Shown: positions 56,232 to 64,000 of the stretch, piece after piece
How positions within the stretch are numbered: the first letter of the stretch is position 1
Layout: each line of letters begins with the position of its first letter
Notes under the pieces: generated by a model
What the model saw: the letters and a program-made list of their open reading frames with translations, nothing else
What the model was told of the DNA's origin: nothing
Databases searched by the model: none
Program-made: the position numbers and the translations under genes
Source: Candidatus Bathyarchaeota archaeon
Lineage (GTDB): Archaea; Thermoproteota; Bathyarchaeia; Bathyarchaeales; Bathycorpusculaceae
NCBI GenBank assembly: GCA_963733095.1
Contig: CAVTBV010000006.1
Coordinates: 32,001-96,000, forward strand
Direction of reading: 5' to 3'
DNA length: 64,000 nucleotides

Positions 56232-58684
56232 GTAATTCACAAACACAAACTACACAACCAGAAACATGCGTCGCTTACAAACCAGAAGAGTTGCGAGTTG
56301 GCGTTTTCGTCTGCCACTGCGGACTCAACATTGCAGGAACCGTGGACGTTAAAGCAGTAGCTGAATACGCAAGAACTATTCCAGACGTAGTTTTCGTCAA
56401 AGAAAATCGCTATACTTGCGCGGATCCCGGTCAAGCAGAAATCCGAAAAGCCATAAAAGAACAAAACCTAAACCGCGTAGTCATCGCTGCATGCTCACCC
56501 AGAATGCACGAACCCACTTTCCGACGAACAGTCTCAGAGGCAGGCTTAAACCCGTTCCTCTACGAGATGGCGAACATTCGCGAATTCGCCTCATGGTGTC
56601 ACCAAAGCGACCCCAAAGCCGCAACGGAACGCGCCAAAGACTCCGTGCGTATGGCGGTGGCAAAAGTACGTTTAATGCAGCCTCTCCAAACCATCGAAGT
56701 CCCAGTCACCAACAAAGCACTCATAATCGGCGGCGGAATCGCAGGCATGAACGCAGCCTTAGACCTCGCCGAAATGGGCTACAAAGTCTACATGCTCGAA
56801 AATACCCAGAGCATCGGTGGCCACATGGCAGCGCTCGACAAAACCTTCCCAACCCTTGACTGCAGTATTTGCATCGAAGGACCAAAAATGGTAGATTGCG
56901 CACGCCACCCAAACATCACAATATTCGCTAAATCGGAACTCGTTAAAGTTGACGGTTACATCGGCAACTTTAAAGTAAAGATCCGCAAAAACCCTCGCTA
57001 CGTCCTCACCGACAAATGCACGGGCTGCGGTGAATGCAAGGATGCTTGCCCAATCGAGTACCCAAACGAATGGGATATGAACCTTGGAACCCGCAAAGCC
57101 ATCTCCGTGCCCTTCGACCAGACGGTGCCCCTGATTTACTCCATCAACAGGGATTACTGTATTGAATGCTTCAAATGTACTGAAGCTTGTGGTGAGCGCC
57201 AAGCCATTGACTTTAACCAGCAGCCTGAAGAGGTCGATTTCGATGTTGGCGCAATCATCGTTTCAACCGGCTTTGATATTTACCTTCCATACGACATGCC
57301 CTTGATTGGCTACGGAAAATACCCCAACGTCATCACCAGCATGGAATTCGAACGACTAATCCTCGCAGCTGGTCCCACAGGCGGCAAAGTCATCCGCCAA
57401 TCCGATGGGCAAAAACCCCACAAAATTGCGTTCATCCAATGTGTGGGCAGTAGAGATAAGACACACTACCCGTACTGCTGCAACTTCGGTTGCATGTACA
57501 CGCTCAAGCATGTTGTTCAACTTAAAGAGAAGTACAAGGAAGACATTGAAGTCTACGTTTTCTACATGGACATACGCAGTCCAGGCAAAGGCTACGAAGA
57601 ATTCTACGATCGCGCAAGGGAACGAGGCGTAAACTTTATCCGCGGACGAGTAAGCCGCATCGACGAAGACCCCAAAACCCACAACCTAACTGTTCACTCC
57701 GAAGATTCACTGCTCGGAACCCCAATTGAAGTAGACGCCGACATGGTTGTCCTTGTAACTGCAGCTATACCCAAGAAAGGCTCCGAAGATATAGCACGCA
57801 TCCTAAACCTCTCACGCGGCTCAGACGGGTTCTTCATGGAAGCCCACCCCAAACTCAAACCCATGGATGCACCGACCGACGGAGTTTTCTACGCCGGTGC
57901 ATGCGTAGGCTTAAAAGATATTCCAGCCAGTGTTTCCCAAGGCAGCGGCGCCGCATCCCGGGCAGCAACAGTTATCAGCAAACCCAAATGGAAGATTGAA
58001 CCAATAATCAGCATTGTTGACGAAGCGAAATGCAAGAAATGCGGCGTCTGCGTCGACAAATGCCCTTATGGCGCAATAAGACAGGAAAAAGGCCAACCCG
58101 CCAGCATAATCACTGCAAGCTGCCACGGCTGCGGAACATGCGTTGCAGAATGTCCACAACACGCAATCACACAAATGCACTTCACCGACGCCCAAATTAT
58201 GGCGCAGGTTCGAGCTGCACTTCAAGAAAATCCAGAAGAAAAAATCTTGGCTATACTCTGCAACTGGTGCAGCTACGCAGGTGCAGACCTTGCAGGCATA
58301 AGCCGATGTGACTACCCCGCAAGCGTAAGAGCCATCCGAGTCATGTGCAGCGGCAGAGTCGCCAGAGAATTCGTCCTCGAAGCACTAAGACTTGGTGCAG
58401 GGATGGTTCTTCTTGGTGCATGCCACTTACCCTACGACTGTCACTACATCAGCGGAAACTACAAGATGAAAGCCCGAACCGACGCCCTCAAAGGCATGCT
58501 GACCAAACTGGGCATGAGTCCAGAGCGGTTCCGAGTAGAATACGTTTCAGCCGCCGAAGGCATCCACTACGCTGAAGTCATCAGAGAAATCGACGCCGAC
58601 ATGAAAGCATTGGGCAAAGAGAAAATAAAAGCAGAAAACGCCAAACTCAAGCCAATCCTTGAGAACATGCTAAAGCGCAAATAA
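56228..58684 (+). CDS. hdrA: heterodisulfide reductase subunit A fused to an MvhD domain
   Basis: GVFVCHCGLNI, IIGGGIAG, DKTFPTLDCSIC, FIQCVGSRD, then CNWCSYAGAD..RVMCSGRV..DCHY (MvhD). Confidence 0.93.
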   Translation: MSNSQTQTTQPETCVAYKPEELRVGVFVCHCGLNIAGTVDVKAVAEYARTIPDVVFVKENRYTCADPGQAEIRKAIKEQNLNRVVIAACSPRMHEPTFRRTVSEAGLNPFLYEMANIREFASWCHQSDPKAATERAKDSVRMAVAKVRLMQPLQTIEVPVTNKALIIGGGIAGMNAALDLAEMGYKVYMLENTQSIGGHMAALDKTFPTLDCSICIEGPKMVDCARHPNITIFAKSELVKVDGYIGNFKVKIRKNPRYVLTDKCTGCGECKDACPIEYPNEWDMNLGTRKAISVPFDQTVPLIYSINRDYCIECFKCTEACGERQAIDFNQQPEEVDFDVGAIIVSTGFDIYLPYDMPLIGYGKYPNVITSMEFERLILAAGPTGGKVIRQSDGQKPHKIAFIQCVGSRDKTHYPYCCNFGCMYTLKHVVQLKEKYKEDIEVYVFYMDIRSPGKGYEEFYDRARERGVNFIRGRVSRIDEDPKTHNLTVHSEDSLLGTPIEVDADMVVLVTAAIPKKGSEDIARILNLSRGSDGFFMEAHPKLKPMDAPTDGVFYAGACVGLKDIPASVSQGSGAASRAATVISKPKWKIEPIISIVDEAKCKKCGVCVDKCPYGAIRQEKGQPASIITASCHGCGTCVAECPQHAITQMHFTDAQIMAQVRAALQENPEEKILAILCNWCSYAGADLAGISRCDYPASVRAIRVMCSGRVAREFVLEALRLGAGMVLLGACHLPYDCHYISGNYKMKARTDALKGMLTKLGMSPERFRVEYVSAAEGIHYAEVIREIDADMKALGKEKIKAENAKLKPILENMLKRK

Positions 58685-58843
58685 AAGCCCTCCTTATACT
58701 TTATCTATAACTACCTTTTTCCACATGCTAATGCTGGCTGTTTTCAGCCAACTGACTTACCCTTTTAGATATAGACCCCTCTATCGTTTCTGCGATGAAC
58801 CAAATTAGGATTCTAATAGGGCTCCAAATAAGCTGAATCTTAG

Positions 58844-59053
58844 CTAGCTGCTCGTTTTCTTGAACCATGCGATGCCTATAACTGCTACAGTTATGGCTGT
58901 TAGGGCTGCTATCGGGTTGAAGGCTTGCAGTGCAGAATAAGACTCAATCAAAAATGCCATCAAAGCTACAATCGAAACCAAATATACCGCTGTTCCCACC
59001 GCTAAACGTTTATGGCTCAATTTCCAACTCACAACCCGTGCTTTCAGATACAT
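58844..59053 (-). CDS. small two-TM membrane protein
   Basis: 69 aa with two hydrophobic helices. Confidence 0.5.
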   Translation of the reverse strand: MYLKARVVSWKLSHKRLAVGTAVYLVSIVALMAFLIESYSALQAFNPIAALTAITVAVIGIAWFKKTSS

Positions 59054-59161
59054 TTAAGGGTTGTTTTGATATAATGCTAAGCAGACGAACAGGCTGTTCA
59101 GATATTAGGACAGCATGCTAAAGCGTAAAAAATAAAAATAAATTAAGATCTAAAGAAAAAT

Positions 59162-59440
59162 TTAATCTTCTTCGTAGAGTTTTCTTTCCTTAATTTTCAG
59201 TGTTTCTTCGTCGCCGATAACTCTGAAAGTTTCAGATAGCTCATGCTTGTGCAGGAACTTTTTAACGATTATGCGCACGTACTTCTTTGCTAGCGCTTCA
59301 CCTTCACCTTTTACTGTTACGGTTTTTCCTTCTGTGGTCACATCTCCACCTGTCTTGTCCTTGAGGAAATCAGCCAGTTTCTCGAATAGTTTGCTTTCTT
59401 CGCCTTTAAGTTCTGAAGCTTCAACCTTCATTTCAATCAT
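59162..59440 (-). CDS. rpl22e: ribosomal protein eL22-like
   Basis: LADFLKDK..VTV...AKKYVRIIVKKFLHKHELSETFRVI matches the eL22 pattern SKRYLKYLTKKYLKK..LRD.LRVV; acidic C-terminus; GAGGTGA RBS. Confidence 0.78.
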   Translation of the reverse strand: MIEMKVEASELKGEESKLFEKLADFLKDKTGGDVTTEGKTVTVKGEGEALAKKYVRIIVKKFLHKHELSETFRVIGDEETLKIKERKLYEED

Positions 59441-59531
59441 TTTTCTTGTTCACCTCGATTCCTGTTGCGCCAATTAACTTTGATTTAGCTACTTTCTCAC
59501 GGTTTCTCTATTGATAAGTTTTATGCCGCCC

Positions 59532-59596
59532 CTTGTCAGTTCGCCCGTCGAGTCCTTCTCACTGCATAGCTCAGACTCTAGTGCTCATCATCCAAA
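59532..59596 (-). ncRNA. C/D-box sRNA, predicted guide for 16S rRNA Cm1402 (E. coli numbering)
   Basis: TTTG-G-ATGATGA(C)-GCACTAGAGT-CTGA(D')-GCTATGCA-GTGAGAA(C')-GGACTCGACGGGCGAA-CTGA(D)-CAAG; terminal stem; guide complementary to CGCCCGUCG. Confidence 0.8.
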
Positions 59597-59693
59597 CAGG
59601 TATTTAGCAACAGAACATAAGACTGTTACGCTGCTGTTGTGGAGAAACATTTTTTTTGCGCAATTTTGTCTTTAATTAAGTAGTTAAGATAGT

Positions 59694-60205
59694 ATGGATT
59701 TGTCAGATGCCCTTTTGAAGAGGAGAAGCATAAGAAACTACAAGAAACAGGAATTTCCGCAGGGCACTGTTGAGTAGCTGATTGAAGCAACAAGGCAAGC
59801 TCCGTCCGCAGGCAACATTTAGCCAAGGGAATTCAATGCAACAAGTAATCAAAAAACCAAATGCGGCATTTCATATGCTGCCTTTGGGCAAAAAGACCTT
59901 GAAGATGCGCTGTATTAATCGTTGTCTGCGCTGATGAGAAACGCGCAGCTGAGAGCTATGATGTGCGGGGTGAGAACCTTTATTCTGTTCAGGATACAGC
60001 CTCAGCTATCCAAAACATCCTGTTAACCGCTTGAGTTTAGGTTCATGTTGGATTGGCGCTTTCAAGGAGGATGAGGTTAAAAGGTCATTAATGCACCAAA
60101 AGATACGTCCTGTTGTGTTGATTCCAGTTGTATGCCCTGAGGAGTCTCCAACCGCGCGGCAAAGATGACCTCTAAACGAAAGTAATACACAAAGAGATCT
60201 TTTAA
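59694..60205 (+). pseudogene. nitroreductase-family pseudogene
   Basis: MDLSDALLKRRSIRNY...APSAGN with in-frame stops; [14 protein letters not shown] and LGSCWIGAF in shifted frames. Confidence 0.85.
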
Positions 60206-60401
60206 ATTGCAGGGTTCTGCTGAAATCGTTTAGTCAAAATCTATATTTCAATATTCATAAAGTTTAAAAGCGCCTTTCCTATCTATGGTTGAACTTCAAT
60301 GGATGAATGTCCATGTGTGAATCGGTAGAACGCTGGTTCAACAAACATGTGACAATTCGACACTGAAAGAATCATAATCACAAGGAGGAAAAGAAAAAGA
60401 A

Positions 60402-60527
60402 ATGTTATCGCGAGATTGCGATGGATGCTCCCAAATGCGCTCCTGCAGTAAACGATTCGGTATTGCCAATAAGGGCGAAAAAGTTTACTGTCCAGATGGA
60501 ACAGCCCATTTAGTTGACGGCAACTAA
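60402..60527 (+). CDS. 41-aa Cys-rich microprotein
   Basis: MLSRDCDGCSQMRSCSKRFGIANKGEKVYCPDGTAHLVDGN*; AGGAGG upstream and T-rich tract downstream. Confidence 0.6.
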   Translation: MLSRDCDGCSQMRSCSKRFGIANKGEKVYCPDGTAHLVDGN

Positions 60528-60611
60528 ACCGGCAAAAACTGTAGTTTAGGAAATAAAATTTTTTCTATTTTCTTTGTTTTAACTTTTCAGTATTCAGTAT
60601 TTTAGATGACG

Positions 60612-61020
60612 TTAGCGCTTTTCTAATTTTTTCTTAATTTCGCTTAGTATTTCTGAGAAATCAGCTTCTTGGTCCGGTTTCATTCCATTCTTGGAAACAC
60701 TTAGTATTGTAGTGTAATCTTTGGAATATAGGGCTTTATTCATCTCTTTCATGGTTCGGTTGTTGCCGAATATGCGGTAAGTGCAGAATAGGATGGCTTT
60801 TTTGCCTTCCATGTTAGACATGCCTTCCATGAATGCTTCGGTTTCTTTGGCAGGGCTTAAACCTTCTACGTGTGTGCTATGGATTACGAGGTCGTAGGAA
60901 TCAGTAGTTGATGGTAGCGTCCCGCTATGTCAAAGATTAGAACTTTTGCTGCTTCAGCTATGGCTTGGGCTAAACGTTTTGTGTTGCATGTTCTGAAAAA
61001 TAAACTACACATGTATTCAT
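60612..61020 (-). pseudogene. flavodoxin-like pseudogene
   Basis: MNTCVVYF(S)/RTCNTKRLAQAIAE split by a 1-nt deletion; later frame gives YDLVI and EGKKAILFCTY. Confidence 0.75.
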
Positions 61021-61117
61021 AGTTCAAATTAGATTGACTTCAGACAAAAAATCCTATTCTATTACAGGTAGTAAGTTTAAAAGTTCAACCAAATAGTATT
61101 TGTGTGAGCGAAAAACC

Positions 61118-62890
61118 ATGGATTACGCCATAATCGCCGATGCCTACGAAAAAATCGAAGCAACCCCCAAACGCCTAGAAATGACTGATTTGCTTGTTGA
61201 ATTGCTTAAAAAAACCCCAAAAGGAATCATTTCCAGAGTCGTTTATTTAACGCAGGGAAAACTGTACCCCGACTTCATGGGAGTTGAGATGGGTGTTGCT
61301 GAAAAGCTCGCCATAAAAGCCTTGACTCGTGCTTCTGGGCATAGAGAAAGTGAAATTCAATCTGAACTGCAAAAAAGTGGCGACATAGGCGAAACCTCGG
61401 AAAAACTACTCGCTAAACGCAAACAATCCACATTCTTTACAAGAAAGCTTACAGCTGAGCGGGTTTACGAGACTCTTGATAAATTGGCGAAAACTTCAGG
61501 TAGCGGCGCGGTAGATACAAAGATGACGCTTCTCTCGGGACTGCTTACTGACTCGTCATCTAAAGAGGCAAAATGGATAATTCGAACCGTGACGGGTAAC
61601 TTGCGGTTGGGCATTGCAGATATGACGGTGCTTGACGCCTTAGCGATAGCTTACGGCGGCGGAAAAGAATCTCGTGAACTCATCGAACGCGCCTACAACA
61701 TCTCGTCCGACTTGGGCAGGGTCGCAAACGTCGTTGCCGAAAAAGGCATGGAAGGAATCAGGCAGTTTCAAGTTATGGTTTTTGAACCAATAAGGCCAAT
61801 GCTTGCTGAGCGACTGGGTGCTCCAGAAGAAATTTTGGAAAAGTTCAGCGGCAAATGCGTAGCCGAATACAAGTACGACGGCGAAAGAATCCAGGCACAC
61901 AAAAAAGACGATAAAGTCATCCTGTATTCTAGGCGCCTCGAGAACATCTCTAACCAATATCCCGACGCGGTCGAATTAATAAAGGAAAAAATCGCGGCTA
62001 AAGAAGCCATATTAGAAGCTGAATGTGTTGCGATGGATTTAGAAACAGGAGATATGCTTCCCTTTCAGGAATTGATGCATCGTCGCCGCAAATACGGGAT
62101 AGAAACCGCCATACAAGACTACCCAATCTCGCTTTTCGCCTTCGACGCCCTCTACGTCGACGGCAAAGACCTAACCCTCGACCCCTTCCTACAAAGACGC
62201 AAAGCCCTCGAAAAAATCATCAAACAAAGCGACAGAATAAAACCAGCCACACAAAAACCTGTCAGTAGCCCCAAGGAACTCGAAGACTTCTTTGAGGAAG
62301 CCATATCGGAAGGCTGCGAAGGTTTAATGTGCAAATCAGTTGCCAAAGACTCGGTCTATCAAGCGGGTAGTCGCGGTTGGCTTTGGATAAAACTGAAGCG
62401 TGACTACCGCAGCGAAATGACCGATACCGTGGATTTAGTTGTGGTAGGCGCCTTTCACGGCAGAGGCAAACGTGTGGGTGCTTATGGCGCTTTGCTCTTA
62501 GCCACCTACAACGATGAAACAGACACGTTTGAAACCGTAACTAAATGCGGCACAGGTTTTACAGATAAAGACTTGGCGCAACTTCATCAGATGTTACAGA
62601 AACATGTAATTCCACGCAAAAACACCCGTGTCCAATCTACTATGGAGGCAGATGTTTGGTTTGAGCCCGCGTTGGTCTTGGAGATTTTAGGTGCCGAAGT
62701 TACCTTGAGCCCGATTCACATGACTGCAATGCACTCCATACGCAAAGGTGCAGGCTTTGCCATTCGGTTTCCACGCTTTACAGGCAAATACCGCACCGAC
62801 AAAGCCCCTGAAGACGCAACAACCTCCAAGGAAATTGAGGAGATGTACCGTGGGCAACTAAAGAAAATCGGTGAAGCCCCAAAAAGCTAA
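61118..62890 (+). CDS. lig: ATP-dependent DNA ligase
   Basis: EYKYDGER adenylation motif, EGLMCK, WIKLKRDY, DLVVVGA and IRFPRF. Confidence 0.97.
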   Translation: MDYAIIADAYEKIEATPKRLEMTDLLVELLKKTPKGIISRVVYLTQGKLYPDFMGVEMGVAEKLAIKALTRASGHRESEIQSELQKSGDIGETSEKLLAKRKQSTFFTRKLTAERVYETLDKLAKTSGSGAVDTKMTLLSGLLTDSSSKEAKWIIRTVTGNLRLGIADMTVLDALAIAYGGGKESRELIERAYNISSDLGRVANVVAEKGMEGIRQFQVMVFEPIRPMLAERLGAPEEILEKFSGKCVAEYKYDGERIQAHKKDDKVILYSRRLENISNQYPDAVELIKEKIAAKEAILEAECVAMDLETGDMLPFQELMHRRRKYGIETAIQDYPISLFAFDALYVDGKDLTLDPFLQRRKALEKIIKQSDRIKPATQKPVSSPKELEDFFEEAISEGCEGLMCKSVAKDSVYQAGSRGWLWIKLKRDYRSEMTDTVDLVVVGAFHGRGKRVGAYGALLLATYNDETDTFETVTKCGTGFTDKDLAQLHQMLQKHVIPRKNTRVQSTMEADVWFEPALVLEILGAEVTLSPIHMTAMHSIRKGAGFAIRFPRFTGKYRTDKAPEDATTSKEIEEMYRGQLKKIGEAPKS

Positions 62891-62934
62891 AACTGATAAG
62901 TCTCTTTGCTTAAGTAGTTGCGAGTGCTGAAGCT

Positions 62935-63555
62935 TTGTCGATTGACCCAGAAAAAATGAAAACTATGATTGCCTTCAAAAAACGTCTTGAAGACCGGCTG
63001 GAAAAATTAAGCGCTGAAACTGCAGAGGTCCAAGCAACCCTTGATACCGTTAACCAGATTCTGCTCGAAAAAGGCTTCAAACGCGGCGACATAAAAGAAG
63101 TGTCAGTTTCTCCGATACCTGTTCCCAAAGAAGTGGTCTTGCCCAAACACGAACCCGAACCACCCACACCTGTACCTACTCAGCAACACACGGAACCTGA
63201 AAGCGTCATACCCCTAAAAACCATGGCGGAAGAACCCTTGGCACTCATGTACTTTGACAAACAAACCATACATGTAATGCCTGATGAAAGCAAAAACTTC
63301 AGCGTAAACACGCCGCCATTCACAAATTTCCTTGTTGAGAAGGTTTTCTCTAAGATGCAGGAAAAAGACAAAGAACTGGTTAGACTGGGGCAGATTGGGA
63401 CTGATAAAATGTTCTCTTACAACATCGTTCGCGAAGGTGATTTGATACGCGAAATAATCATCAAGAATGTCGATGATGAGCGACTCAAGGAGCTTAAATC
63501 GAGCATCCGCTGGACTTTCGAGAAAATGTATGAAAAAATGAAAATTAGCAGCTAA
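62935..63555 (+). CDS. hypothetical protein (coiled coil, Pro-rich linker, globular C-domain)
   Basis: 206-aa ORF with normal codon usage, downstream of lig. Confidence 0.7.
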   Translation: MSIDPEKMKTMIAFKKRLEDRLEKLSAETAEVQATLDTVNQILLEKGFKRGDIKEVSVSPIPVPKEVVLPKHEPEPPTPVPTQQHTEPESVIPLKTMAEEPLALMYFDKQTIHVMPDESKNFSVNTPPFTNFLVEKVFSKMQEKDKELVRLGQIGTDKMFSYNIVREGDLIREIIIKNVDDERLKELKSSIRWTFEKMYEKMKISS

Positions 63556-63556
63556 G

Positions 63557-63883
63557 CTACATTGAATGTTTTTGCAGGCTATCAGTTATTCTGTTTTTCG
63601 GGCATAAACCTACGAGTCTTTCTGCTTCTTTGCCGTCCTTGAAAATTATCATAGTTGGGATGCTGAAGACTTGGAATTTTTCTGCTGTAGCAGGGTTCTC
63701 GTCAACGTCGAGTTTGCCGATTAAAACTTTGCCGCTGTATTCTTTGGCTAATTCCACGATTGTTGGAGCTAAGGCTCTACAGGGACCACACCAGTTCGCC
63801 CAGAAATCCACAAAAACCAACTTGTTATTCTTGATTGTTTCTTCAAAATTTGTGTCGGTTACATGAAAAGGTTCAGTGCTCAT
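63557..63883 (-). CDS. trxA: thioredoxin
   Basis: VDFWANWCGPC and SIPT motifs. Confidence 0.96.
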   Translation of the reverse strand: MSTEPFHVTDTNFEETIKNNKLVFVDFWANWCGPCRALAPTIVELAKEYSGKVLIGKLDVDENPATAEKFQVFSIPTMIIFKDGKEAERLVGLCPKNRITDSLQKHSM

Positions 63884-64000
63884 TTGTTACATTCTCCATT
63901 TATTGACTATACTATTTTTAGGCTTGTTTGATATAAACCGTTCGCGACGACCGAAAAGTCATTGACAAAGCTCAATTGTCAAAACAAAGTCTCGAACTCA

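Noticed and set aside
56228-58684. Selenocysteine or pyrrolysine recoding in HdrA/MvhD
   Set aside because: The frame is uninterrupted with Cys at the relevant motifs; in-frame stops occur only in genes that also carry frameshifts
60298-60366. Second possible C/D sRNA (TGGATGA...CTGA); a similar weak case at 58792-58835
   Set aside because: Box C is imperfect, there is no clear D'/C' pair, and no recognisable rRNA complement

Overview
Archaeal chromosomal window, most likely Bathyarchaeia (TACK). The assignment is inferred from the undivided RpoB, fused RpoA'A'', divergent EF-2 paralog, eL22-like protein, HdrA-MvhD fusion and PQQ-propeller surface proteins. Housekeeping content: purC-purP-purP, Ogg, two UbiA prenyltransferases, peptidases, a duplicated AOR + ferredoxin module around a MoaD/SAMP gene, rpoB-rpoA-rpl30e-nusA, nucS, DNA ligase and thioredoxin. 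There are two tRNA genes, Ile2/Met-CAU and an intron-containing Leu-CAA. A decayed ~9.9 kb integrative island is anchored at tRNA-Leu, and several pseudogenes are present. The standout is a translationally coupled three-gene operon (48557-51941) that looks like a minimal archaeal SMC5/6-type complex: a short hinge-less SMC with SMC5/6-like head motifs, a kleisin with an ScpA-like N-terminus and Nse4-like C-terminus, and an Nse1/Nse3-like KITE. Other highlights are an unannotated C/D-box sRNA predicted to guide 16S Cm1402 just upstream of eL22, a CBS-HPF putative hibernation factor, a probable ACG start codon in nusA, and a possibly catalytically altered AOR paralog. All calls come from motif reading by eye; no database searches were run.
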